Assembly (NCBI GenBank): GCA_963695335.1
Contig: OY968764.1
Span: 96,001 to 160,000 of the forward strand
Direction of reading: 5' to 3'
DNA: 64,000 bases
Source: an uncultured bacterium
GTDB taxonomy: Bacteria > Babelota > Babeliae > Babelales > Vermiphilaceae
How positions within the stretch are numbered: position 1 is the first letter of the stretch; the number at the start of each line of letters is the position of its first letter. Under the pieces are notes generated by a model. It saw only the letters and a list, made by a program, of their open reading frames with translations, was not told the DNA's origin and did no database searches. Positions 12,868-24,328 of the stretch are shown here, piece after piece. The translations under genes were made by a program, and so were the position numbers.

Positions 12868-12971
12868 CGCGCTCGTCCTGAGCATGTTAAACCCCATCTT
12901 CAGTTCCTTCCGACGGGGACCCCGGTTTGGAGTGAAACGAAAACTGGGGAAAAATGATATCTTTGAGCACG
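12868..12971. repeat. Family-A palindrome interrupted by a family-C (GGGGACCCC) element
   Basis: CGCGCTCGTCCTGAGC..[12891-12950]..GATATCTTTGAGCACG; compare the intact unit at 28330-28370. Confidence 0.8.
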
Positions 12972-12973
12972 TT

Positions 12974-13371
12974 TTATTTTTTCTTCGCTCGAATCACTCT
13001 CACATCACTATTCTCACGCCGCACCAGAGGTTTTTTAATAACTTTTGGTACAGATACAGTCACATGTGCAGTTCTTTTTGATCGAGCTTTGGGAGTAATA
13101 TTAATAATAATATCTTGCCCTAAAATAGTTAAGAAACGAAAAAGTCTTTCCAAAGAAAACCCTGCAAGTTTCCCGGTAGAAAGAGCCGATATTTTTGGTT
13201 GGTCTATATCAAGTAGTTCAGCAGCTTGTTTTTGAGTAAGTTTTTTACGCTTAATAAGAGTATTAATCTGCACAGCAAGATTTACCTTGGCCATTCTTTC
13301 TTCAGCATCAGCAAACCCAAGATCGGCATAAATATTACCGCTACTTATGGTATAATCTTTTTTTTATTCAT
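12974..13371 (-). CDS. XRE-family HTH antitoxin (HigA-like), frameshift in an A8 run near the start
   Basis: SSGNIYADLGF..LTQKQAAELLDIDQPKISAL..FSLERL; ATG overlaps the toxin TAA; 8-nt homopolymer at 13358-13365. Confidence 0.85.
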
Positions 13372-13721
13372 TATTTAAAACTTTCCTTATAAATTTCCTG
13401 AGCTCTTTTAAGTCTACTTTTTATAAGATCTATATCTTGTTTTGGTGTTGATATACCATGTTTAGATTTTTTTTGAAACACATGTAAAACAAATATAACA
13501 TTAGGCATCCGTACAGTATATACAGCACGATAGGTTCCATCAGCATCCCTATCTATAAGCTCAATAACGTCGGCACCACCAAACCCTTGAAGTACTTTAG
13601 CCTTAACAGCCTTGCCACCCTTTTGAGCAAGACTTAAACCATAAACAAAAGCATCTATGGTATCTTCCGGCAGCTTCTTTAAATCTTTCTCACTCGAACC
13701 TACATAATATAAAATCTTCAA
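13371..13721 (-). CDS. Type II TA toxin, RelE/HigB (Gp49-like)
   Basis: GTYRAVYTV..VLHVFQKKSKHGISTPKQDIDLIKSRLK. Confidence 0.9.
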   Translation of the reverse strand: MKILYYVGSSEKDLKKLPEDTIDAFVYGLSLAQKGGKAVKAKVLQGFGGADVIELIDRDADGTYRAVYTVRMPNVIFVLHVFQKKSKHGISTPKQDIDLIKSRLKRAQEIYKESFK

Positions 13722-13750
13722 TGTATAACTTCCCTTCTTTTTATAAAAAA

Positions 13751-13772
13751 ATTATGCCATATGTGGCATAAT
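13751..13772. promoter_or_regulatory. Probable TA autorepression operator
   Basis: Perfect 9-bp arms ATTATGCCA-tatg-TGGCATAAT about 30 nt upstream of the toxin start. Confidence 0.65.
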
Positions 13773-13800
13773 ATATCAAGGGTTATAAAAAAATAAGAAT

Positions 13801-13926
13801 CGCTCAATCTTTCGATACATTTTTTGAAGACAAAAAACACTCAGGACGAACAGGGAGAAAAAAACAATTTCTAAATCCGCTCGCCCTGAGTGTTTTACGA
13901 AGTAAAATGTATCGAAGGGTATGCGG
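13801..13926. repeat. Two divergent family-A' palindromic units downstream of atpC
   Basis: TTCGATACATTTTTT..ACACTCAGGACGAAC and CGCTCGCCCTGAGTGTTTT..ATGTATCGAAGGG. Confidence 0.85.
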
Positions 13927-13932
13927 GAAAAT

Positions 13933-15707
<1,775 letters not shown>

Positions 15708-15761
15708 CTAAACCATGTGGTTGGGTTTGTAAAGAAAGCCCTATAATTCAATAGTTATCAA

Positions 15762-16418
15762 CTAACTTATCGCCTGATATATACGTATTGCCGTCAAGAC
15801 AACAGCAGTACCCATAGGAAGCAAGGCAGATATACAACATCTTCCACAACCTTCCAAACATCTTTCATTGCATGGATCATCATCATAACTTTTTTGCTGA
15901 TCCAATCTGTCTGCCTCTTCTTTTTTAACAGCCTCAACTGAAATACTCTCAATATCAAGCCGTGCATTATATTGATTAGTCACAAAAACAGTCTTGTTAT
16001 CCTTACGCAACTCTATTACTCTTTTTACTTGCTCTTCAGTTAATTCTATCGGCACACAAAAATCAGACGTATTTAAACTTAATGGAGCATTGTTCGCCCT
16101 ACCTTCCCTTTGTATCGCAACATACGATGCATAATCAACCTTACCTTGTATATGATATTTCCAATCTTTCAACTGTGTAAGACTGCCACCTTTAAATCTT
16201 TTTGCTAATTTGAGCACGCTTATCGTTGTATCATCAAGATTATCAACACAACCGTGTTTATTAATGCTCTGATAAAAAATAGTACGACTGCCACGCTCTA
16301 CATAAAGATTCATTTGTGGAATATTAATTATTGTGTGCTCTTTTTGCATACCAAAATTGGTACTACAAAAAAATCCTGCACAGATAATTAGCTTTATTAC
16401 ATTGTTATTCATATACAT
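15762..16418 (-). CDS. Hypothetical exported protein with a Cys-rich segment before a C-terminal hydrophobic helix
   Basis: Signal-like N-terminus TNFG-MQK; CNERCLEGCGRCC followed by a hydrophobic tail. Confidence 0.7.
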   Translation of the reverse strand: MYMNNNVIKLIICAGFFCSTNFGMQKEHTIINIPQMNLYVERGSRTIFYQSINKHGCVDNLDDTTISVLKLAKRFKGGSLTQLKDWKYHIQGKVDYASYVAIQREGRANNAPLSLNTSDFCVPIELTEEQVKRVIELRKDNKTVFVTNQYNARLDIESISVEAVKKEEADRLDQQKSYDDDPCNERCLEGCGRCCISALLPMGTAVVLTAIRIYQAIS

Positions 16419-16600
16419 CTCTCACTTTGTAACACTTCTTTTTTTATCACGTCCAATACTGTTTTATTAAATAGTAATCAAGCTAAATCATATGAATTTG
16501 TTTGTAAAGAAGGGATGCTAAAAAGCCTATAATTGCCATTAAATCAAAATTCATTATAATAAAACTATTACTATAAAACATAAAAACGAATGAATTTCCT

Positions 16601-17350
16601 ATGCAAAAAACCTCTTTTCTTTCTATAGCAACAATGCTCTTAGCAACTACTAACATGCCAACTGTGTGCATGGAATTAGATAATAACAAACAACAATTGG
16701 TTCTTGAGTTGTATCTAAAAAAGGGATACAAAGATCCTAATAACGTTCAAACTATAAATGATAGATATCATTGCCAATTATTGGGTATTGGTTGGGAAGA
16801 AAACAATAATTCACACAGTGTTGAAAGTCACTTGTTTGCACCTAAGGAATCATTAACTCATTATGGGTTTGAATCTATTTGTACAGAACAAATTGAAAGG
16901 GAATTTAATATTACAATTCCAAAATCTTTGCCAAATTCCTTTGTTGAAAGATTAAAAAAAGACAAAACTATTGCCCTAAACAATCATTTACCTGTTCAAA
17001 TTATAGTGAATCTTAAAGGTATTTATAATAATCCAGATGATACAACTGATGCACCTTCTTATGTAAATAATCAAAGCACAGCTAATAACAACATTAAAGC
17101 TCAAATGAATGCTTTACACAAAAAGACCAACGAGTCTCTTGATATGGCAAAAAATGAAAGCACTATAGATGATCTTCAACAACCACAAACAAATTCAAAA
17201 TTCAAAACATATATCATTCCTGCTGCTGGCTTTACCATAGCTGGAATAATTGCATGGCTCAGTTATTTGCATATAAATAATCAACTTAATGCTCAACTTG
17301 CTCACATAACTGACTTTATTCACAGCTTAATAAGCAGTAAAAATAGTTAA
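16601..17350 (+). CDS. Hypothetical exported protein with a C-terminal TM helix
   Basis: Signal-like N-terminus PTVC-MEL; YIIPAAGFTIAGIIAWL. Confidence 0.75.
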   Translation: MQKTSFLSIATMLLATTNMPTVCMELDNNKQQLVLELYLKKGYKDPNNVQTINDRYHCQLLGIGWEENNNSHSVESHLFAPKESLTHYGFESICTEQIEREFNITIPKSLPNSFVERLKKDKTIALNNHLPVQIIVNLKGIYNNPDDTTDAPSYVNNQSTANNNIKAQMNALHKKTNESLDMAKNESTIDDLQQPQTNSKFKTYIIPAAGFTIAGIIAWLSYLHINNQLNAQLAHITDFIHSLISSKNS

Positions 17351-17354
17351 AAAT

Positions 17355-17385
17355 AAAAAGGCATTCTACAATTTTAGAATGCCTT
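17355..17385. terminator. Bidirectional terminator between convergent genes
   Basis: AAGGCATTCTA-caattt-TAGAATGCCTT. Confidence 0.65.
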
Positions 17386-17725
17386 ATCTCTTTGCATAAT
17401 CCCTCAACAACTGCCGATTATTTACCAACATTGGAACAATCACCAATCCAGCGCCACAAAACCTCAATGATCTTCCAGTAAACATATCAAGATGTGCCGC
17501 TTTTGATCGCTCACAACTAAAAAAACAGTGATTCAAGGTATCTTTTCCAGAAGAATAAATCGCTTGCCCCAAAATAAATACTGGAATACCGTATGCCGTT
17601 GATACTCCAGTAAAAAAGCCACCTTTATCAAAGCGTTTCTTTTTTTGCTCACAGGCTTGTGTTTGAGCAATTGTTAATAAACATACAGATAAAAACAATA
17701 TCTTAGATTTTGCTTTTTGTATCAT
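17384..17725 (-). CDS. Hypothetical membrane/exported protein
   Basis: Signal-like N-terminus plus two hydrophobic segments. Confidence 0.6.
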   Translation of the reverse strand: MIQKAKSKILFLSVCLLTIAQTQACEQKKKRFDKGGFFTGVSTAYGIPVFILGQAIYSSGKDTLNHCFFSCERSKAAHLDMFTGRSLRFCGAGLVIVPMLVNNRQLLRDYAKR

Positions 17726-17832
17726 AATACTATGCCCTTTTTAATACATTTCAAATATTCTAAGAATATCACAACAAAAAAAAAGAGCCTTGAAATTATT
17801 CAAAGCTCTCTTAAAAATCAATAACTATGGAA

Positions 17833-18558
17833 CTACTCTGTTTTTCTTAAATCAACATCAAAAGTAAGAGTATTTTTCTTATTATCTTTTTCATGCATAG
17901 TAACAGCGAATTGCGGCGTATAATCTGATGATTTTACAAACATAAGACCTTCGTAATGATCACCAGAATTAATGGTTACTTTTTTGTGTAATATTTTCTC
18001 TTTAAGATCTTTACTGACGCGTCTATTCATCACCATAGATTTAATAGATGAACCAAAAAACACAAAAGTCAGACCAGCTGCCATTGCACCCAAAGGAAGA
18101 CATACATACGCTATCATTATAGAGTCACAAAGCATAGACCCTGTTACTCCCCAACCAATTGCCCCTGCACCCGCTGCACCAGAAATAACACCTTTGCCAA
18201 AACTGCTCGCAGAACTTGTTTTCATTGTTTTAGCAACATCTTGGTGTGAGATTGTTGTAAGATCAACATCAGCAGGAGAAAGAATATATTTTACATCGCT
18301 CACATTATGAATAGAAAGGTGCATCGTTTGGATATCATTATTGCTCAATGATGCGCTACGATCACCAAAAAGAGTAATTGTATCTTCTTTGGATAACAAC
18401 TTTGTTTGCACAATCACATTTTTTTCAGTATCACGATGCGCACAATGATTGCTTACTGATTGCAATGATCGACTTGTATATGTTGGTACTCTCATACATC
18501 CCGGCAAAAGAACCAAAGCTGCTAAAAAGAGCCCCAAAAATGACTTACTACAATTCAT
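17833..18558 (-). CDS. Putative lipoprotein with a Gly-rich hydrophobic hairpin
   Basis: Lipobox-like LLPGC; GAAGAGAIGWG segment. Confidence 0.7.
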   Translation of the reverse strand: MNCSKSFLGLFLAALVLLPGCMRVPTYTSRSLQSVSNHCAHRDTEKNVIVQTKLLSKEDTITLFGDRSASLSNNDIQTMHLSIHNVSDVKYILSPADVDLTTISHQDVAKTMKTSSASSFGKGVISGAAGAGAIGWGVTGSMLCDSIMIAYVCLPLGAMAAGLTFVFFGSSIKSMVMNRRVSKDLKEKILHKKVTINSGDHYEGLMFVKSSDYTPQFAVTMHEKDNKKNTLTFDVDLRKTE

Positions 18559-18733
18559 GGTAAACCCCTATAGAATTATTTGTTGAATTTTAAGTAAACT
18601 TATACTTTAAGTATTATTCATTTATATAATACCATAAAGGGATAATTCGCTCAAAAGGGTCCATAAAATGGGGCTATTGCATATTTCCCTCAACCCTGTT
18701 TATATTTGAAGGAACCTCAAAAAAAGGACAGTC

Positions 18734-20050
18734 ATGAAACAAATCCATTTTGACTACGCACAAAGTTGCTTAGTGAACAAAGAAACCCTCGATCAACAGC
18801 AAGAAAAACTGCAGGATGAAATTGAACATATCAGCCAAGCTCGCACATACGGTTACGACAATGATTATGCATCAGTAAACCTGCCATATGATGAAAAATT
18901 GATCGCAACCATCCAGGCTACGGTTAAAGAAACAAAAAGACACCAACCAACAACGCTCGTTGCAATTGGCATTGGTGGGTCAAATTTAGGAACAATTGCC
19001 GTCTTGGAGGCTTTGCGGGGTAAATTTTACAACGAGCATCATGAGGTCAAAGTTTATTTTGTAGACACGGTCGATACCGATAACGTTGACGATATTGCAC
19101 AATTTGTTGAACGGGAGCTGGAAACAGGTAACAACATTATTATCAATGTCATCAGCAAATCCGGCACCACCACAGAAACAATTGCTAACTTTGAAATTTT
19201 CCTTGAAATACTCAAAAGCCATCGCCCATATAATTATCATGATTTTGTAGTAGCAACAACTGATGAAGGCTCTGCACTTTGGCAACTTGCAGAACACCAA
19301 GAATTTATACGACTTGCAATCCCGAAAAATGTTGGCGGACGCTATTCGGTGTTTTCTGCAGTTGGGTTATTCCCCCTCTGCTTTTTGGATATTGATATTG
19401 AAGATTTGTGTGCTGGGGCGCAAAGTGGATTTTTATTAAGTACGCACGAGAAATTAAGCAATAACCCTGCTGCAATGAGTGCAGCGCTGATCGATACACA
19501 GTATAAACATGGCAACATTATTCATGACACATTTCTTTTTTCTGTTGCACTGGGCAGCGTTGGTGCGTGGTACCGTCAGCTTTCTGCTGAAAGTGTGGGT
19601 AAAGCGCATAGTAGAAATGGAGAACTGATTAACACGGGTGTATTACCCACCGTTTCTATTGGCAGCACTGATTTGCATTCCGTTGCACAACTCTATTTAG
19701 CAGGGCCTTATAACAGATTCACTACATTTGTTTTTATTGGCAATTCAACAACTGATTTATATTTACCTGAATTTCCTGAATATGAATCGCTTGTTCCGCA
19801 TATTCAAGACAAACCACTCACCAGTATTATGGATGCAATTTTGGAAGGGACAAAACGAGCGTATCATAATGACAATCGCCCTTTTGTTTCTTGTATGATC
19901 CCTGAAAAATCTGCGTATTACATCGGACAGTTTATGCAAATTAAAATGATAGAGATTATGTATCTTGGGTATTTATTGAACGTTAACCCATTTGATCAGC
20001 CGCAGGTTGAGGATTATAAGAAGGAGACGAAGTTAATTTTGAGTGAGTAA
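18734..20050 (+). CDS. pgi: Glucose-6-phosphate isomerase
   Basis: IGIGGSNLG, SKSGTTTET, VGGRYSV, QLSAESVGK, NPFDQPQVE. Confidence 0.96.
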   Translation: MKQIHFDYAQSCLVNKETLDQQQEKLQDEIEHISQARTYGYDNDYASVNLPYDEKLIATIQATVKETKRHQPTTLVAIGIGGSNLGTIAVLEALRGKFYNEHHEVKVYFVDTVDTDNVDDIAQFVERELETGNNIIINVISKSGTTTETIANFEIFLEILKSHRPYNYHDFVVATTDEGSALWQLAEHQEFIRLAIPKNVGGRYSVFSAVGLFPLCFLDIDIEDLCAGAQSGFLLSTHEKLSNNPAAMSAALIDTQYKHGNIIHDTFLFSVALGSVGAWYRQLSAESVGKAHSRNGELINTGVLPTVSIGSTDLHSVAQLYLAGPYNRFTTFVFIGNSTTDLYLPEFPEYESLVPHIQDKPLTSIMDAILEGTKRAYHNDNRPFVSCMIPEKSAYYIGQFMQIKMIEIMYLGYLLNVNPFDQPQVEDYKKETKLILSE

Positions 20051-20068
20051 AGCATAAGAAACGGCCTG

Positions 20069-20095
20069 CCCTCCGAAGCTTTATGCGTAGGAGGG
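20069..20095. repeat. Family-B palindrome
   Basis: CCCTCCGAAGCTTTATGCGTAGGAGGG, similar to 39811-39837. Confidence 0.75.
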
Positions 20096-20128
20096 TCTAA
20101 GTTGGGGCGTCTTAATATTTTCTTAATC

Positions 20129-20234
20129 TGCGCTCATCCTGATAGTTCGACAGGCTCACTAGTAAACACCTGCCTTGAGAACTTGCCGTGCCTGCCATAG
20201 CCTTGACGAAGGCAGGTTAAAGGATTAAAGCGCA
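20129..20234. repeat. Nested composite repeat (family A carrying two inserted modules)
   Basis: Reverse complement closely matches 52078-52187. Confidence 0.88.
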
Positions 20235-20255
20235 CAAATTAAATCAAGAAAAGAC

Positions 20256-20532
20256 TAATCTCCAGCTTAACGCCGGAGACCTGAACCTTCACTCCGTTAC
20301 GGTTGATTTCGTGGGGGTATTTGTGTAAAACACCCCCACACCCCCGATACACAAACAGTTCCTTTTGATCCCTATCAAGTTAAACGCTCTTACGCCGCTA
20401 ACAAACCTCGCTATGCTCAGCTGTGTTATCGGGAAGCCCATGTCGCTCAGAAGCGCCAGAGCTTCGCTGTAACTTGACACATGTATTTATTTAATTAACG
20501 TTCGTATGTTTCGACAGGCTCAACACGAACGG
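20256..20532 (-). repeat. ~275-bp structured repeat (family D)
   Basis: Inverted near-copy at 24020-24289; first ~100 bp also repeated in inverted orientation at 20690-20791. Confidence 0.9.
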
Positions 20533-20689
20533 AAGAAAAGATTTTAATCCCGTTCGCATTGAGCTTGTCGAAATGAGCGAACGTAATTTATTTAGTGAAA
20601 AGTCCCATGAGCTACGTATGATGGTTTAGATTGTTCATTCTTATGGACAAGCTGTGGCCTGAATTCGGAGCGAAAGAGATCAAACAAGA

Positions 20690-20791
20690 TGTTTGTGTAT
20701 CGGGGGTGTGGGGGTGTTTTACACAAATACCCCCACGAAATCAACCGGAACGAAGTGAAGGTTCAGGTCTCCGGCGTTAAGCTGGAGATTA
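20690..20791 (+). repeat. Partial family-D copy forming a ~100-bp inverted repeat with 20256-20357
   Basis: TGTTTGTGTATCGGGGGTGTGGGGG..GGTCTCCGGCGTTAAGCTGGAGATTA. Confidence 0.88.
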
Positions 20792-20818
20792 ATTCTTCTC
20801 TTAATCTTCCATCAACAA

Positions 20819-21253
20819 TCAAAATGTAATCTTGATAAAAAAAGATGCCGCCCCTGCAGCCAATAAATTACTAATCAACGATAAGATAAAAAAATGCACC
20901 ACAGGAAATGGGCGCCAAATATTGATAATCAAATAAAACAAGCATTGTAAAACAGATAAAATGCCCCCCAAAATAAGTGAAGCATCAAGGGCATTATAAA
21001 CACTGGGCGTACCGCCTCCAACAAATTTCCATTCAAAAAAATTAATTAAAAGAATAGAAACAAATGCAAAATACACAACAATAGCAAATGCATATGAACC
21101 AACGGTTAAAAATAGTGCTGGCAACATACGCAAACGGCCCATAAGCATAAAAAAGAACCATGAAAAAATAAGACCTAACGCTAACTGATAAGAACCCCAT
21201 GTCATCATCCATAAAAGCTCATCAACAAAAAATGTCACCACTCTCATTATCAT
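20819..21253 (-). CDS. Hypothetical integral membrane protein
   Basis: About four hydrophobic helices; follows the nitroreductase gene. Confidence 0.7.
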   Translation of the reverse strand: MIMRVVTFFVDELLWMMTWGSYQLALGLIFSWFFFMLMGRLRMLPALFLTVGSYAFAIVVYFAFVSILLINFFEWKFVGGGTPSVYNALDASLILGGILSVLQCLFYLIINIWRPFPVVHFFILSLISNLLAAGAASFFIKITF

Positions 21254-21265
21254 AAAAGTATCCTA

Positions 21266-21838
21266 TTAAACCCTAAAAGTTCCTTCAAAAACTAACTCTT
21301 CAACTTTTTTGCGATCCGATGGCATTTCACTTTTTTGCAATTTTTCTGATAATACACTCACTGACCCATGATGACCAACCGCAATCATTGCCTCTACCAT
21401 ATAATCATCAGGTATCTGCAAATCTTTGCGGGCTTTATCATAATCAAAACCTTGCATAGCATGAGCAACCAAATTCATATACGTTGCTTGCAATGCCAAA
21501 GACATCCATGCAGACCCTGCATCAAAAGAATGCGTACGTGCTGGCTGATTATTATACTCAAAATTATTATGTGAAATTACCACAATCAATACTGCTGCAT
21601 TTTTTGTCCACTCTTGATTGCCCGGTACCATTAAATTATACAACAGATCCCAATCGGGTGTATTACGATGCGCATAAACAAATCGCCACGGTTGATTATT
21701 AAATGATGATGGTGCCCAACGAGCAGCCTCAAAAAGTGTCATTAACTCGTGCTGTGTTATATCTTTTCCTGACATTGCTCGCGGCGACCACCGTTTAATA
21801 AAAATATCATTAATGGGATACATCGCTTTTCTTGCCAT
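21266..21838 (-). CDS. Nitroreductase-family protein
   Basis: RWSPRAM, ARWAPSSFNNQPWRF, FDAGSAW, HAMQGFD. Confidence 0.93.
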   Translation of the reverse strand: MARKAMYPINDIFIKRWSPRAMSGKDITQHELMTLFEAARWAPSSFNNQPWRFVYAHRNTPDWDLLYNLMVPGNQEWTKNAAVLIVVISHNNFEYNNQPARTHSFDAGSAWMSLALQATYMNLVAHAMQGFDYDKARKDLQIPDDYMVEAMIAVGHHGSVSVLSEKLQKSEMPSDRKKVEELVFEGTFRV

Positions 21839-21980
21839 TTTATTCCTTTAAATTGGCTTTTAATGAGCCTTAATTGCTCTTTACAATAAAAAAAACCTGT
21901 TTTTTTATCAATAAATCACTATATTTTACTTATAATACTGCTTTTACAACCTCTTTTAGACATCTATATCCAGGAACAGC

Positions 21981-23075
21981 ATGAGACAATTACAACTATT
22001 AGCTTTCATGATATTATTCAACACGATGTGTTGCAATAATCAAATCTATACATATCAAGAACCATCTAATATAATCACCTCCCAAGTCAATGAGACTCAA
22101 GTTACATCCATACATAAAAATTTTATGTTACTTATAACAGCGGCACTCGGAGTAATCGCCCTATCATGGATATTCAAACGCTATATCAATAATCAAAACA
22201 GTTTTTCATCATCTCAAATAGTTATTGAGGGTAATGGTAAGAATGAAACACAAAAAATAAATATTAGCGGTGGTGGTGTTGTCATCGTCAACGGTCAAAC
22301 AATATATGCTCCAAATGGTGTTACTATCGTTAATGGTCAAATAATACATCCTACAAATATAACAGTCATTACAGATGCTGGTGAACCAGAAACAAAAGAA
22401 GTCGATATTTCTGATGTAAGAAATATCGATGCTTCAGGCTTTGGAAATCTCTCTATTGAACAATCTAGAACTTGCCCAGAAGTTCTTAGAATAACTGCTG
22501 GTAAACATATTATGCCTCATCTTAAACATGACATATCAGGTATACAACTTAATCTTGGATTTAAAGATGGTGTGGTTATTCAAAATCACACCATACCATC
22601 AATCACCTATCATGCTATCGTTCAAGATATAAATAAAATATCTATAAGCAGTTCTATTAAAGCTACAACAAACAACATACAAACCGATAATTTAGAACTT
22701 AACATGAGAAACTCTTCAACATTAAATAGTTCTATTAAAGCGAACAGATTAAAACTTGAAATGGCTAACTCTACAAAATACAATGCTTCTATTAAAGTAA
22801 AAGAGTTAAAAGCGAAGCTTACTAATTCTACTGCAGTCACATTAACTGGTGAAGCTCACGAACAAGATCTAACTGTATCAAGCTCTGCAACATATAATGC
22901 TGAAAATTTAACGAGTCAAAACACTCGCATCAATATAAAAAATTCTGCTTTAGCTCGATTAAACGTAATGAACAACTTATATTACAAAGCATCTAATTCA
23001 TCTAGAATTTTCTATCAAGGTAATGCAAAGGCAGAAGGTTCAACATCTAACTCTGCAAAAGTAAGACAAATCTAA
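21981..23075 (+). CDS. GIN/DUF2807 (adhesin-head-like) beta-helix protein
   Basis: Repeated L.l.M.NSS/ST..a.i units, VTLTGEAHEQDL, IFYQGN near the C-terminus. Confidence 0.8.
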   Translation: MRQLQLLAFMILFNTMCCNNQIYTYQEPSNIITSQVNETQVTSIHKNFMLLITAALGVIALSWIFKRYINNQNSFSSSQIVIEGNGKNETQKINISGGGVVIVNGQTIYAPNGVTIVNGQIIHPTNITVITDAGEPETKEVDISDVRNIDASGFGNLSIEQSRTCPEVLRITAGKHIMPHLKHDISGIQLNLGFKDGVVIQNHTIPSITYHAIVQDINKISISSSIKATTNNIQTDNLELNMRNSSTLNSSIKANRLKLEMANSTKYNASIKVKELKAKLTNSTAVTLTGEAHEQDLTVSSSATYNAENLTSQNTRINIKNSALARLNVMNNLYYKASNSSRIFYQGNAKAEGSTSNSAKVRQI

Positions 23076-23192
23076 TCAAAGCAATTTTTCAACATACGCT
23101 CATTTTTCTGCACAAGGAAAATGGGCGTATTTTTTGTACTTGTCAAAAAAGAAAAACTGTGAGTATCTTGGAAACTAAAAAAGGAGAACTTT

Positions 23193-23951
23193 GTGCAGAT
23201 ACTTCAGACAATTATTATCTTTTTTTCATTCCTATCTATACCATTATCATTCTGTGAAAATACAATCCCAACAACTCCAGCACCTATTTACAATACTACT
23301 ATCACCCCGCAAATTGAACTCCATCCGCAAATTGAACTCCATCCGCAAATTGAACTCCATCCGCAAATTTATGTCACCAACTCTTCTGCTTCCAGCATAA
23401 AGTTTGGCGACATAACAATGAACTTTATCCAAAAAATAAAAACTGTTGCAACACCAGAAAATTACCACTCACTTAAAAACAGCATCACAAACACACTCTG
23501 GAGTTATCGCTATCACATTACAGGTACAACACTTTTAGGGTCATACACAGCTATCAGCGCACTGTTATTCAGCGACTATTATCAAATGCTCCAAAGCACA
23601 ACATGGGCCCGCTGGAAGCAAGAATGTTCATTTGAAGACTTGTGCAACATTCCACAAAAAGATTTAACACATGATCTTTTATGTACAATTAATAAACAAT
23701 ATTATGATAAAGATAAACCTACCAATTTTGCACATCCGTTGATGATGTTTATTCATGCCATCGAAACAGAAATAAAAAGGTGTAAGCGGTATCTGATGAT
23801 TGCTGACGCAATCAAAAAATTGTGGTTAATCAAAATTTTTCCGACAAATGATGCGAAAATAAATGAGGTTACGCAATTGCTTGAACGTACACTTTTTATC
23901 AAACATCTTTTTTTATCATGGCTGGCGGAATATAATATAGCTAATAATTGA
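23193..23951 (+). CDS. Hypothetical exported protein; paralog of 24329..25117
   Basis: GTG start after AAGGAG; shared WA.WK....FE.LC.IP, HPL..FI..IE.EIK.CKRY, HLFLSWL. Confidence 0.8.
   Translation: MQILQTIIIFFSFLSIPLSFCENTIPTTPAPIYNTTITPQIELHPQIELHPQIELHPQIYVTNSSASSIKFGDITMNFIQKIKTVATPENYHSLKNSITNTLWSYRYHITGTTLLGSYTAISALLFSDYYQMLQSTTWARWKQECSFEDLCNIPQKDLTHDLLCTINKQYYDKDKPTNFAHPLMMFIHAIETEIKRCKRYLMIADAIKKLWLIKIFPTNDAKINEVTQLLERTLFIKHLFLSWLAEYNIANN
23307..23369 (+). repeat. Coding VNTR, 3.5 x 18 bp (PQIELH)
   Basis: CCGCAAATTGAACTCCAT x3 plus CCGCAAATT, all identical. Confidence 0.95.
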
Positions 23952-24011
23952 GCCCCGTTTCCATTTTTCATTCCAATGGGGACCCCGATTAGAACGAAAC
24001 GGAAATTGAAG
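23952..24011. repeat. Family-C palindrome (GGGGACCCC core)
   Basis: Similar to 12891-12950 and 41021-41079. Confidence 0.75.
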
Positions 24012-24019
24012 ATAAAATC

Positions 24020-24289
24020 CCGTTCGTGGTGAGCCTGTCGAACCATACGAACGTTAATTAAATAATACATGTGTCAAGTTATAGCGAAGCTCTGGCGCTT
24101 CTCAGCGACATGGGCTTCCCGATAACACAGCTGAGCAAAGCGAAGTTTGTTAGCGGCGTAAGAGCGTTTAACTTGATAGGAATCCAAGGGAACCATTGGT
24201 GTGCAGTGCAGAGGGTCACAAGACCCTTTGCGAAAAAAACAACCGTAACGAAGTGAAGGTTTAGGTCTCCGGCGTTAAGCTGGAGATTA
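24020..24289 (+). repeat. Family-D structured repeat
   Basis: Inverted copy of 20256-20532 with a different internal hairpin. Confidence 0.9.
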
Positions 24290-24328
24290 ATTCTTATCTT
24301 AAAAAGATCGCCACAAAGGAAAACTATC

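Noticed and set aside
11253..13721. HerA-based defence system with the neighbouring TA pair
   Set aside because: No NurA, SIR2 or DUF4297 partner nearby; the TA module is separated by a repeat and has its own operator.
20390..20432. attC-like pattern (GCTAAC..GTTATC) in family D
   Set aside because: Only ~40 bp, R boxes do not fit RYYYAAC/GTTRRRY, no integrase or cassette array.
20289..20480. Small ORF MSSYSEALALLSDMG.., also at 24071..24256
   Set aside because: Lies entirely in the family-D repeat; GTG start without an RBS; similarity is explained by the DNA repeat.
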